Shown here: positions 1-9,047 of the stretch, one piece after another
Layout: every line of letters begins with the position of its first letter
How positions within the stretch are numbered: position 1 is the first letter of the stretch
IMG/VR virus record: IMGVR_UViG_3300008110_000072
Coordinates: 1,086-65,085 of that record
Strand: one strand, 5' to 3'
Origin: a virus
Lineage: Duplodnaviria; Caudoviricetes
DNA: 64,000 nucleotides
Translations under genes and position numbers: made by a program
Notes under the pieces: generated by a model
The model's database searches: none
Told to the model about the DNA's origin: nothing
Seen by the model: only the letters and a program-made list of their open reading frames with translations

Positions 1-169
1 ATCTGTTACATACAATTCTTTTTGTTCTGCCATACGGCAAATGTATTTTGAAATATTGGAATTATGTATGCATAAACACGACAAATTGAAAAAAAAATCC
101 GATGAATCTTCACCGGACCTTTATCGTTTCATCACCAAAATAAAATGTTCAACAGGCCGCAAAGCTAAA

Positions 170-1195
170 CTATGTTCTGCACCTGCCCTTGCTTATCTCG
201 TAATTTTTTACAAAAAAATCTCCGTTTTTGTACACGCTAATGTGTGCGAATCCGTTTTCACTATCGCTGATTATATTGTAGTCGGGACTAAGCTCGCAAA
301 GGCATCCGGTTACAAACGCTTCCTCTTCATAAGTTTTGGTTGCGTTGCGTTTTTTATAGTAGTCGCGTCTGTGTAGGTGGGACATAATAACGCTTTGCCC
401 CGCTTTGGCTAACGCTCGTTTTGCGGGGTGCATTCCGCCCTTTATCAGATGATGCCCGTGGGTGATAAGCAATCTACCAGCCATCACCAAAACATTGTCT
501 GCTATAATGGTTATATTCTTTTCCTTTAGTTTTAGCCGGGATTCAAGAGAGAAGTAATTGTCCTCCCACACCTGCGTGGCGTATTGCTGCAACCATTTCT
601 CCCATCGTATATCGTGGTTGCCCTTGAGCCAGTATATAGGAATTTCTGGGAACGCCAGTCTAAGTTTTGTAAGAAACAGGTCTGCCGCGTCAAACTCCTG
701 CGGAACGCTGCGCTTTCGCATGTCTGTTTCGTGCTTGCTGATTCTATGAAAGTCTATAACATCTCCGTTAAGCAGAATGCAATTGATTTGATTATCCTGA
801 TTCTGCCCATATTCAATAGCTGTCGTGAGGCTGTTTGTACAATGGTAGGGGATGTGTATATCGCTCATTAAAAGAATCTCTGTACAATTTTTCGGGAGAG
901 CAAATGCCTTCCTTTCGGTTTGATAGGACTTTGGAAGTCCGTACGGATTATATGGTCGTGCGCTCTTCATATAGTATGGCGATTTCTCTACGCTTGAGTT
1001 TTGACTATTCCTTATTCCGCTCTTGCCTTCTATGTATCTAAGACATGAACGGGCGTTTTCAACGGAAGAAAAAATTAAAGGATTTTTTTTATACAGGAGC
1101 CGCGCAAGGGCTGCTGTTGGCATTTCTGCGCCATATTTGTCTCTGTATTCTTTTGCTATATCGGCCTTATACATTTCAATTGTGCCGTCATGCAA
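170..1195 (-). CDS. Calcineurin-like metallophosphoesterase (start may be ATG at 1174)
   Basis: Motifs SDIHIP, NGDVID, GNHD, HGH, HLH in the canonical order. Confidence 0.85.
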   Translation of the reverse strand: MHDGTIEMYKADIAKEYRDKYGAEMPTAALARLLYKKNPLIFSSVENARSCLRYIEGKSGIRNSQNSSVEKSPYYMKSARPYNPYGLPKSYQTERKAFALPKNCTEILLMSDIHIPYHCTNSLTTAIEYGQNQDNQINCILLNGDVIDFHRISKHETDMRKRSVPQEFDAADLFLTKLRLAFPEIPIYWLKGNHDIRWEKWLQQYATQVWEDNYFSLESRLKLKEKNITIIADNVLVMAGRLLITHGHHLIKGGMHPAKRALAKAGQSVIMSHLHRRDYYKKRNATKTYEEEAFVTGCLCELSPDYNIISDSENGFAHISVYKNGDFFVKNYEISKGRCRT

Positions 1196-1207
1196 GTGAT
1201 GTTTTTG

Positions 1208-1402
1208 CTACAGAGATGTCTTGTCCTCTTTTACAGATATTATATCTGCATTTTTAATAACATATGCGGAATCGTCCAGAAGGGCGGTTTTTATTATTTC
1301 TATTGCCTCCCCGCTATTATATGAATCGCAATCCTGCAGGAGCTGTGATACATCCCAGTCATCTTCTGTAAGGATGTATGTGAGTGTCACCTTTAAATTC
1401 AT
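1208..1402 (-). CDS. Small acidic hypothetical protein
   Basis: 64-aa ORF filling the gap, same orientation as neighbours, ATG with AT-rich leader. Confidence 0.6.
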   Translation of the reverse strand: MNLKVTLTYILTEDDWDVSQLLQDCDSYNSGEAIEIIKTALLDDSAYVIKNADIISVKEDKTSL

Positions 1403-1432
1403 AACTCAAATATATACACAATATTAAAAATA

Positions 1433-1461
1433 AAAAACCGGAGCATAGCCCCGGTTCTTTA
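1433..1461 (-). terminator. Putative intrinsic terminator
   Basis: AACCGG..CCGGTT stem followed by a T-run on the minus strand, downstream of the Gp157 gene. Confidence 0.5.
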
Positions 1462-1512
1462 CTAAGTAACCTATTAGGATTCGTTTATACACACATTACC
1501 CGCAAAGATATG

Positions 1513-2013
1513 TCATTTGATTTGCACGCTATACTTGGTTTTCATCGAAGCCCCGTTCACCTCAACTCCGTTTTTAATGGCTTCGCTGATAAGCGATTTG
1601 CTTATTTCGTGCTTTGTGATGAGGAAGCGGCTGTCAATAGCCTTCTCGTCATCAATAGACACGGATTCGCTCCTGCGTGTGCTTAGTGCAAGCGTGGCCG
1701 TGTTAAAGCGTCTTACGCCTTTTGCATCCTCCTGCCCGAATAAAAGCATTGCTTGCGTGAGAGATTCCCGTAGGCGTGTGGAGCTATTGTCCTTTGACTT
1801 TTTTAACTCTTGCAGTCTTTTGATTTCGGCTGCAATAACATCCACCTCGCTATCGAGTTTCATAATCATATACGCGTAGCCCTCTGCTTTCTTAGCAAAT
1901 GCATCGCGTGTGATTTGCAGGGCTTCCAACACCTCCGGTGTGGCTTCCCCTCCGCTCTCCTCCAATAACGCGATAATGGAGGCTTGGTCTTGAGTTATTT
2001 CGTATAAGTTCAT
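1513..2013 (-). CDS. Siphovirus Gp157 family protein
   Basis: MNLYEIT start, coiled coil (AEIKRLQELKK), C-terminal KxxIxEAIKNGxEVxGA typical of Gp157. Confidence 0.85.
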   Translation of the reverse strand: MNLYEITQDQASIIALLEESGGEATPEVLEALQITRDAFAKKAEGYAYMIMKLDSEVDVIAAEIKRLQELKKSKDNSSTRLRESLTQAMLLFGQEDAKGVRRFNTATLALSTRRSESVSIDDEKAIDSRFLITKHEISKSLISEAIKNGVEVNGASMKTKYSVQIK

Positions 2014-2025
2014 AAGTGTGCTGTA

Positions 2026-2784
2026 TTAAAATGGAAGGTCGTCATAGCCGTTATCCTGCTGCTGCATCTCGCGCTTGTTGTCGTAGTGATACGCCTCTTC
2101 GTTCTTCATAGCGGGCGCAGCTTTTGCGGGAGATATATGTGCGGCTGTATCTTCAACCACCGCAGCGCGTGTATCTTCCTCCGCTTGCTTGCTAAAGTAT
2201 CCGGCAAGGTAATCCTTGATTGTGTCGTATGCTTTGTCGGCCATTTCCCCATCGGATGCCGTAAGGCTGCTCTTCCATTCAAACTTAGGCGTGGTATATT
2301 TAACAGCGCCATTCTTCTCGTCATTATATCCGGTGATAGCCACCCACTCGTCAGGCAATCTGTTCTTGCACTTGTTTGTGAAGTCGCCCCAACGCGCCAC
2401 AACAGCGCCCTTCATGCTGATGTTTGCAATACTACCATCGCCGAGCATTACATATAAGGACTTGTGGTAGTTACCGCCCTGCAGCTTGTCTTTTATATCT
2501 CTATACAATCCTGCAGCAATGTGTCCGCCCTTAAAGCTTTTCACATTCAACACCTCGTTAAGGTTGTTCACCTCGTTGGAATAGATTCCGGATTCCGAAG
2601 CTCCGTGCCACCCTTTAATCGTGTGCAGTTCTTTCAGAACGACAAACTTGAATGGGCTTTTGATAAACTTGTTTTGTCCAGCCTCCTTGTCATAGTATTT
2701 GAACTGGCCGTTGTTGCTGTCCCACTCCAGAAACTTCTGTGCGGGGTTTGAGCTTACGCTCTTGAATTCGTCTTTGCGTGACAT
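2026..2784 (-). CDS. Putative ssDNA-binding / strand-annealing protein
   Basis: Acidic C-terminal DDLPF tail; adjacent to Gp157 in the replication module. Confidence 0.55.
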   Translation of the reverse strand: MSRKDEFKSVSSNPAQKFLEWDSNNGQFKYYDKEAGQNKFIKSPFKFVVLKELHTIKGWHGASESGIYSNEVNNLNEVLNVKSFKGGHIAAGLYRDIKDKLQGGNYHKSLYVMLGDGSIANISMKGAVVARWGDFTNKCKNRLPDEWVAITGYNDEKNGAVKYTTPKFEWKSSLTASDGEMADKAYDTIKDYLAGYFSKQAEEDTRAAVVEDTAAHISPAKAAPAMKNEEAYHYDNKREMQQQDNGYDDLPF

Positions 2785-2812
2785 AAATTATGTGATAGAA
2801 TTAAACATGAAA

Positions 2813-2844
2813 CAAATGTAGGCAGGGGGAATTTGTTTACCAAA
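2813..2844 (-). promoter_or_regulatory. Bacteroidota sigma-70-type promoter
   Basis: TTTG-N20-TACATTTG on the minus strand just upstream of ORF 2026-2784. Confidence 0.7.
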
Positions 2845-2920
2845 CATCTTCGATAAATTTCTGAAATATTTTTGCCGAATGTATATTATTTGTAGAGCAG
2901 CAAAAAAATTTGCGTTGATG

Positions 2921-2954
2921 TTTGCACATGTAATCGGGCGTGTTCTTATATTTG
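2921..2954 (+). promoter_or_regulatory. Divergent Bacteroidota-type promoter for the replication operon
   Basis: TTTG-N22-TATATTTG. Confidence 0.55.
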
Positions 2955-2969
2955 TTGTGCCGAAAGGTG

Positions 2970-3064
2970 GGAGAGTAGAGGCTCCGAAGTAAAAACATTA
3001 TTTGTCCTTTGTCCGCTGAGTAGGGTCCTCTACCCCGAAAGGCGAACAAAGGACTTTTTTATTT
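2970..3064 (+). promoter_or_regulatory. Structured leader / attenuator of the initiator gene
   Basis: Hairpin GGAG-loop-CTCC displaying GTAGAGG; stem GTCCTTTGT/ACAAAGGAC plus T-run enclosing the complementary CCTCTAC. Confidence 0.55.
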
Positions 3065-3066
3065 TC

Positions 3067-3954
3067 ATGCAAATTGTTTCATTGAACAATCACATAGTTC
3101 GGAAAGCATTACATCTTTCCCTGAACGAAATGGCGGTGCTTTGCGATATAAAGCAAATGAGCCAGAATCCGGAGTACGGATATACCTGCATAAAGAGTAA
3201 AGACAAGATAGCAGATTGGCTTGACCTGTCGAGGGCAACGGTTTTCAATGCTATTAAAGCATTAGAGATTCGCGGGTACATTGAACGCACAAACATTGGC
3301 GTGCGACCTACCAAATTTATCTACGACCTTGACATGTGCCAAGAAGAGATAGGGCTTTACATCCAAAAAGGAGACCTCACTTTCATCACAAAAAAGGTTG
3401 AACAACTGTTAGACGGACAGTCTAAAAATTATACTACCACAGTACAAAATTTAGACGGTGACAGTCTAAATTTTAGACTACCACAGTCTAAAAATTATAC
3501 TCAAGATATACATATAGATACACATAAAGAAAAGAAAGAGATAAATAGTGAATTGCATGAAAAAATTCAGGCAATTGTCAGCCGCATCAACGAGCATGCG
3601 GGGACAAGTTTTAGAGCCGAAACAAGGGAGAGCAACAAGCTTATATCTGCGCGACTAAAAACATATTCGCTTGACGAGGCATTGCTTGTTGTAGATGCGA
3701 TGGCCGACAAGTGGCTCGGCACAGACATGAAGCAATACTATACACCTGTAACCCTGTTCAGAGAAAGTAACTTTGAAAAGTATTTACAGCATGCCAACAC
3801 CAACAGCACTAAGCGGGGCGCACATGTGGACAATCCAGATTATAAATTAGGCAAGATGCGCTACCGCCCACAATCAGAATTTGGAAGTTATACACAATAT
3901 TTAAAAAACTGCAATGAATACGGACACACACCAAAACAAGAAGGCCATGATTAA
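3067..3954 (+). CDS. Lambda-O-like replication initiator (N-terminal wHTH, conserved phage C-terminal domain)
   Basis: HTH SKDKIADWLDLSRATVFNAIKALEIRGYI; C-terminal INEHAGTSF..LISARLK..YYTPVTLF..NFEKYL; internal iterons. Confidence 0.8.
   Translation: MQIVSLNNHIVRKALHLSLNEMAVLCDIKQMSQNPEYGYTCIKSKDKIADWLDLSRATVFNAIKALEIRGYIERTNIGVRPTKFIYDLDMCQEEIGLYIQKGDLTFITKKVEQLLDGQSKNYTTTVQNLDGDSLNFRLPQSKNYTQDIHIDTHKEKKEINSELHEKIQAIVSRINEHAGTSFRAETRESNKLISARLKTYSLDEALLVVDAMADKWLGTDMKQYYTPVTLFRESNFEKYLQHANTNSTKRGAHVDNPDYKLGKMRYRPQSEFGSYTQYLKNCNEYGHTPKQEGHD
3417..3501. repeat. Four 22-bp-period palindromic iterons (putative origin)
   Basis: ACAGTCTAAAAATTATACT-like units starting at 3417, 3439, 3461, 3483; the third contains AGTCTAAA-T-TTTAGACT. 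Confidence 0.8.
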
Positions 3955-5860
3955 AGTAACCGCCTACAAGGACATTTACGAAAAACGCAATGGGCATCAC
4001 ATTCCAATCACCACAGCCCTTTCCCGTATACGGGATGGCAAGAGCCGGGAAAAGATTCTCGCTATACGAAGCACAGCAGACCCGTCTGCCGTAGACCAAT
4101 TAAAGAAATCCCTCCCCTCGATTTGCTTTAGCGGCACATTCAGCGAGAGATTTGATAACAAGCTTATCGAACACAGCGGATATATATGCTGCGACCTTGA
4201 CGACATTCCGCATGATGAATTGCAGGACATGAAGCAGAAGGTGGCGCAGCTTAGCTATGTATATGCCGTGTGGATAAGCCCACGCGGGAACGGGCTAAAG
4301 TTCCTTGTGCGTATTGCTAAGCCCGAAAAGCACCGCGAACACTTTGCTGCGCTCACGCAATACTTTCAGGATATATCCGGCAAGTGGGATGGCAGCAGTG
4401 TAAACGAGAGCCGCGTTTGCTTTGAAAGCTGGGACGAGGACATTATCATCAAGGATGATGTGAAGCCGTTCACAGAGGTGTATATCACCACAAAGGAGGT
4501 GAGCAGGGAAATGGTGGATGGAGACGAAACATTCAAGCGGCTCCTGACATGGCTCACCAACAAAGGCAAATCCTTCGCATCCGGAGAGCGCAACAACTTT
4601 CTATTCCGCCTTGCGAGCGCATGCTGCAGGTTTGGTATATCAGAGGAGAACTGCTTCTATTATTGCGACAGCAACTTCATTAGCGGGCAGAGCGACTTCA
4701 CTAAGCGCGAATGCAAGATAGTGATTGCCTCCGCGTATAGAGCCAATGCGAGTAAGTCTGGGAGCGCAACATTCGACAAGGACATTCTGGTTGAGAAGAA
4801 GAGCATGCAGGAGGTGGCTCTTGAAACTCCGCAGGAGATATACGATGAAACCATTCGTCCGGCGGATGTAATCTTCGCAGACGATGTGCAGGACGGCATC
4901 ATGTCTCTATACAACAACGGATACGAAAGACTGGAGGGAATAGGCGTGCGCGAGATAGACACGCATTACAAGATGAAGCGTGGGGAACTAACGCTGCTGT
5001 CGGGTATAGGAAACATGGGTAAGAGCCAAATCAACAAGTGGATGCTCCTGATGCATGCAGTGCTATACAAGCGCAAGTTTGCCATATTCGCTCCGGAGGA
5101 TAATCCCGCAGAGGAATTCTACAACGACCTCATCGAGATAGTGCTTGGAGCGGACTGCGTATATAGTCCTGAGTTCCCGAATAAACCCAGACCAACACTG
5201 GGGCTATACATGATGGTGAGGGAGTGGGTGAACGAGCATTTTATATTCATCCACCCGGAGAAGAGCGCCCCCACCCCGGAGTATATACGGGAGCGCTTTC
5301 TTGAGTTAATTATTAAGAAGCGCGTTGATGGCTGCATCATTGACCCGTGGAATCAGCTCACCAACAACTACGAGTTATACGGCGGGCGTGATGACAAGTA
5401 TCTGGAGGTGCAGCTTGCCGAGTTCTCCAGATTCGCGCAGCAGAACGAGGTGTATATGATAATCGTGGCTCACCCTAAGAGCCTGAAGAAAGTGGGCGAG
5501 GACTATCCATGTCCGGATGTGTTCGACCTTGCCGGAGGCGCAATGTGGAATAACAAGTGCCACAACATTCTGATATATCACCGCCCGCACAACTGCTCAG
5601 ATGTAAACAGCCCTGCGTGTGAGTTTCACGCCAAGAAGATTAAGAAGCAGAAGGTGGTGGGGAAGAAAGGCTTTAGCGAGTTTCGGTTTGACTTTGCCAC
5701 ACGCAGGTATGTGTTTGAGAACAATCGCGACCCAATGTCCGAGGCGGTGGCCGCAAAGCTAAATTGGGCTATATGGGAAAAACCTAAATCTAATTATACA
5801 AAACATGAAGAGATTATTCACACCCCTCTCCCGCCCGATGATGACGAAGTTCCCTTCTAA
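3947..5860 (+). CDS. Primase-helicase fusion (VirE-N/BT4734-like primase, PriCT, Twinkle/DnaB-like SF4 helicase)
   Basis: KKSLPSICFSGTF, DLD, SPRGNGLK; GERNNFLF; Walker A GIGNMGKS, IIDPWN, VAHP. Confidence 0.85.
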   Translation: MIKVTAYKDIYEKRNGHHIPITTALSRIRDGKSREKILAIRSTADPSAVDQLKKSLPSICFSGTFSERFDNKLIEHSGYICCDLDDIPHDELQDMKQKVAQLSYVYAVWISPRGNGLKFLVRIAKPEKHREHFAALTQYFQDISGKWDGSSVNESRVCFESWDEDIIIKDDVKPFTEVYITTKEVSREMVDGDETFKRLLTWLTNKGKSFASGERNNFLFRLASACCRFGISEENCFYYCDSNFISGQSDFTKRECKIVIASAYRANASKSGSATFDKDILVEKKSMQEVALETPQEIYDETIRPADVIFADDVQDGIMSLYNNGYERLEGIGVREIDTHYKMKRGELTLLSGIGNMGKSQINKWMLLMHAVLYKRKFAIFAPEDNPAEEFYNDLIEIVLGADCVYSPEFPNKPRPTLGLYMMVREWVNEHFIFIHPEKSAPTPEYIRERFLELIIKKRVDGCIIDPWNQLTNNYELYGGRDDKYLEVQLAEFSRFAQQNEVYMIIVAHPKSLKKVGEDYPCPDVFDLAGGAMWNNKCHNILIYHRPHNCSDVNSPACEFHAKKIKKQKVVGKKGFSEFRFDFATRRYVFENNRDPMSEAVAAKLNWAIWEKPKSNYTKHEEIIHTPLPPDDDEVPF

Positions 5861-5968
5861 GAAAGGGAGAACCAAAGAGGTTTGTCTGATGATTGCAGAA
5901 ATTCATCGTATGGACGCTTTGATTTATCAAAATTATACTAAATTTGCCAAGCAACAATTTTTAAATAC

Positions 5969-6202
5969 ATGGAAAACACAAAAGCAATAACTGCCCTCAC
6001 AGACGAGGGGAAAGTGGTGAACGAGGTTGCCGCCTATCTCACCAAGCATGGGAAGTTCAACGCAATTAAGATTGCGAACATGGTGTTTGAAGCACTGGAG
6101 AAAAACAACACCCGCGATATAGAAGACGCGGAAAAGGAAATCATCCGGCAGTGTATAGACAACATGCGCACCCTTGCTATATGGGAGAAATGGGGAGAAT
6201 GA
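5969..6202 (+). CDS. Hypothetical protein
   Basis: 77-aa ORF preceded by TAAATTTG (5939-5946). Confidence 0.65.
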   Translation: MENTKAITALTDEGKVVNEVAAYLTKHGKFNAIKIANMVFEALEKNNTRDIEDAEKEIIRQCIDNMRTLAIWEKWGE

Positions 6203-6203
6203 T

Positions 6204-6362
6204 ATGATGACGATGCTTGTTAAATATTTGCTCCTACTATTTGGAACGATAGCATTCTGGGGGATATTCACCAGCGAGACAGACGAGCGCAGGTGGAAGT
6301 TTGCGGCATATACAGCTATATGTCTGGTTGTAGCTTTATGCACATGGCCTTTCTTACAATAG
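6204..6362 (+). CDS. Small two-TM membrane protein
   Basis: Two hydrophobic segments; tightly packed between neighbours; exact start uncertain. Confidence 0.5.
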   Translation: MMTMLVKYLLLLFGTIAFWGIFTSETDERRWKFAAYTAICLVVALCTWPFLQ

Positions 6363-6742
6363 ATTTCGATAACGAATCAGACAAGCGCAAGCTGTTTGAG
6401 TTTCTAAAACAACTGCGCGGGAGGCACACGCTCTCGTTTGAGCGCGTAAAGCAATCCCGTAGTCAGGCGCAAAACAAATACTATTGGGGTGTTATAGTTC
6501 CCACGCTTGCCAGCGAGTTCGGGTATTTCAAGGACGAGATGCACGAACTCCTGCGCAAGAAATTTTTGGGATATACAAAGGAGAATCCCCTTACGGGCGA
6601 GATGGAAATGTTTGCTATGTCCACCACCAAGCTCAGCACAGCCGAGATGGAAATATATCTGGAGAATATACGAACTTGGGCTTTGTCGGAATTTAGTGTA
6701 TACTTGCCGCTTCCAAACGAGATTTTGGGCGAATGGCAGTAG
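6344..6742 (+). CDS. NinB/Orf-like protein
   Basis: RSQAQNKYYW, MHELLRKKF, STTKLSTAEMxxY..I motifs. Confidence 0.7.
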   Translation: MAFLTIDFDNESDKRKLFEFLKQLRGRHTLSFERVKQSRSQAQNKYYWGVIVPTLASEFGYFKDEMHELLRKKFLGYTKENPLTGEMEMFAMSTTKLSTAEMEIYLENIRTWALSEFSVYLPLPNEILGEWQ

Positions 6743-7119
6743 CAAAGAAACGAATCCTAAAGGAGCGCACACGCAACGGAGGCACGGAGACGCAGGCCAA
6801 GCACATGGGCAATATACGCGGGGTGCTTAGGCGCATGACCCGATTCTGGAAACCGAAGAAGATGGCTCTTGATGCTGTATGCGTGCGGAGTATATCAAAC
6901 GGGGTAAAGGTGAATCGCTACCAGTGCAAGCATTGCCAGAATTATTACCCCCTGAAAAGCGTAGAGGTAAATCATATAATCCCGGCGGGCAGTTTGAAAT
7001 CGTATAAAGACCTCCCAGATTTTTGCGAGCGACTATTCGTTGAGGATATAAACCTCTTGGAAGTGCTATGCAAGGAATGCCATGCACGGGTTACAAAACA
7101 ACAACGAGAAGAAGACTAA
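6733..7119 (+). CDS. HNH endonuclease
   Basis: CKHC..EVNHIIP..NLLEVLCKECH. Confidence 0.75.
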   Translation: MAVAKKRILKERTRNGGTETQAKHMGNIRGVLRRMTRFWKPKKMALDAVCVRSISNGVKVNRYQCKHCQNYYPLKSVEVNHIIPAGSLKSYKDLPDFCERLFVEDINLLEVLCKECHARVTKQQREED

Positions 7120-7514
7120 TGGAAAAGCAAATCAAACAAGTGGCAGCGTTTCACCGCGCCTTCGGACATCCGGTGGCATCATCGCTCAAGCATCTCACTC
7201 CGGATAGGCTTGTGCTGCGGCACACGCTGCTCACAGAGGAGGCAATGGAGATGCTCCAAGCGGGCGTAAAGGGCGACCTTGTAGGCGTGGCAGACGCGAT
7301 TACGGATTGCTTGTATATCTTGTTTGGAACGGCTCACGAATACGGCTTGGGCGATAAGCTTTGCAGGCTTTTTGAAGAAGTGCATCGCAGCAACATGAGC
7401 AAGTTAGATTCTGTTGGCATGCCGATATACAGAGAGGACGGGAAGGTGATGAAGAGCGACCAGTATAGGCCACCGAATCTAAAGGATATTGTCTGGGATG
7501 ATTCGGATGTATAA
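7119..7514 (+). CDS. MazG-like (PRA-PH/YcdX-type) NTP pyrophosphohydrolase
   Basis: FHRAFG, EEAMEM, DAITD, EVHRSNMSK, REDGKVMK. Confidence 0.85.
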   Translation: MEKQIKQVAAFHRAFGHPVASSLKHLTPDRLVLRHTLLTEEAMEMLQAGVKGDLVGVADAITDCLYILFGTAHEYGLGDKLCRLFEEVHRSNMSKLDSVGMPIYREDGKVMKSDQYRPPNLKDIVWDDSDV

Positions 7515-7547
7515 TAAAAAAGGGCAGCCCGTTTGGGCCGCCCTTCA
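7515..7547. terminator. Terminator between convergent units
   Basis: AAAAAAGGGCAGCCC-GTTT-GGGCCGCCCTT; T-run on the minus strand. Confidence 0.65.
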
Positions 7548-7570
7548 CACATGCAGAGGCGTGTAGCCTC

Positions 7571-7816
7571 TCACCACCACTTCATTTGTTTCTCGTATAG
7601 ATAGAGGCTGTGCGTAAGCGCACACGCAAGTATCCACACAAAGCTGCCCCCCATCAAGAAGATGTGGACATCCACACAGCAATCCTGCCATAGAGGCTCA
7701 CGCAGGAGCGTGTTGTTTGTGCCGTGCAGGTAGAGCAATACACCATATCCGATGCCCCCAATAATGGCGCAAGCGATAGATGCGATTCTGTAAAATTTAA
7801 TCATAATCATAAACAC
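7571..7816 (-). CDS. Small membrane protein
   Basis: Two hydrophobic helices; last ORF of the early region. Confidence 0.5.
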   Translation of the reverse strand: MFMIMIKFYRIASIACAIIGGIGYGVLLYLHGTNNTLLREPLWQDCCVDVHIFLMGGSFVWILACALTHSLYLYEKQMKWW

Positions 7817-7840
7817 TTATGTAAATATAATAGAATAAAA

Positions 7841-7880
7841 CATAGGTGATGCAAATCGCGTGATAATGGCATCACCTATG
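7841..7880. other. 12-bp inverted repeat (hairpin)
   Basis: CATAGGTGATGC..GCATCACCTATG, intergenic. Confidence 0.55.
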
Positions 7881-8027
7881 TATGTGTATGTCAGCTTAAT
7901 CGTTTGTCAATAAAGTCCTTTGCATACTTGATTGGAATGAATAAGCTGATGCCGCCAACCCATAGCAGTGCTAATGTGTTTCCCCAGAAAATCAGCACCA
8001 GAAAAAGCAATAAGCATATATACAATT

Positions 8028-8228
8028 TCATGGCTTCGGAGTTACGCGGGTGATTTCCTCCCACCGGAGGAGAAACGACTTACGGATGCCATTGCATGAT
8101 ATGTTTACGCCACGCCCGCTCTTGTCGTATCCGTACACAATGCTTTTGCTCCGGTGCGGACGATACGCAATTTGGATTTGGAAATGCACCACATCTCCTA
8201 TCCGGACATTCTCTTGTGTATACATCAT
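8028..8228 (-). CDS. Hypothetical early protein
   Basis: Start overlaps the stop of 8225-8482 (ATGA-type coupling). Confidence 0.5.
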   Translation of the reverse strand: MMYTQENVRIGDVVHFQIQIAYRPHRSKSIVYGYDKSGRGVNISCNGIRKSFLLRWEEITRVTPKP

Positions 8229-8482
8229 TTCCGTGAGTTGTATATGGTGGCCTTGCATAGGTGTATGTCCACGAGTGCGTTGTATAGCATGTCTTCCTGC
8301 TGCGTCTCAAATCCAGTGATGCTTGGCACTTTGAATTCCCAATAGCGCCCACGCCTTTTGAGCGGGAGCGCCTTGCTTGGGTTGTCGGGCATTGTATACC
8401 ACCACCGCCCACGGGTGTGCGCGCTTGCACGCTGAAGCTTGGTAATGCTGTCGCTTGGTTTGATGATTATATCTTCTTTCAT
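8225..8482 (-). CDS. Hypothetical early protein
   Basis: 4-bp overlap coupling with 8479-8748. Confidence 0.6.
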   Translation of the reverse strand: MKEDIIIKPSDSITKLQRASAHTRGRWWYTMPDNPSKALPLKRRGRYWEFKVPSITGFETQQEDMLYNALVDIHLCKATIYNSRK

Positions 8483-8748
8483 TTTTTTCTTCTGTATTCG
8501 TTATACATCTCTGTCCACTTGGCAAGTTCCTCATGCCCGCGCTCGGCTGCAATCCATCCGGATAGGTCGCGCACATCGAAATAATACTTGTCAAGCACAT
8601 TGTCTGCGATTCCGGTTTGCGATATTGCATGCGTGCATAGCATCTCCATGTCCTTTGTAGCCTCGCTCCCGTCAAGCGGGAGATTGCTCAGAAGCCTATA
8701 CAACATCTGTCGGGCAAGGCTTGTATAATACTTTGGAGATTTGTTCAT
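8479..8748 (-). CDS. Hypothetical early protein
   Basis: 4-bp overlaps on both sides. Confidence 0.65.
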   Translation of the reverse strand: MNKSPKYYTSLARQMLYRLLSNLPLDGSEATKDMEMLCTHAISQTGIADNVLDKYYFDVRDLSGWIAAERGHEELAKWTEMYNEYRRKK

Positions 8749-8930
8749 GGACGGCTGATTTTAAATGAAACATTAACAATCTTGTTCGCTCCGTGCCGCA
8801 TCACCTTGTTGTGATACATGTCAAGAACGCACACGCTCTTGTCTGTCTTCTTGAATACAATCTGCGGCCTATGCTTGCGGTTGTAGACAATAGACCCGAT
8901 TGGGATTTCTCCCCATTTTAGTTGGTTCAT
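8745..8930 (-). CDS. Hypothetical early protein (MNQLKWG...)
   Basis: ATG 16 nt after tRNA-like element 1; the longer ORF-track start runs through the repeat. Confidence 0.6.
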   Translation of the reverse strand: MNQLKWGEIPIGSIVYNRKHRPQIVFKKTDKSVCVLDMYHNKVMRHGANKIVNVSFKISRP

Positions 8931-8946
8931 ATATATTTTGGTTTGG

Positions 8947-9039
8947 TAATCTGCCAATATCGGCATTGCTCCGGAGGCGGGAATCGAACCCGCCCTCACA
9001 TACGCATTTAGCGTATCTGACATGCCACATGTCTCCGGA
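8947..9039 (-). ncRNA. tRNA-like element 1 (near-cloverleaf) plus downstream hairpin
   Basis: TCCGGAG..GCGGG-TTCGATT-CCCGC-CTCCGGA-GCAA-TGCCGATATTGGCA-GATTA, with two internal hairpins. Confidence 0.75.
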
Positions 9040-9047
9040 TGCGGGGA

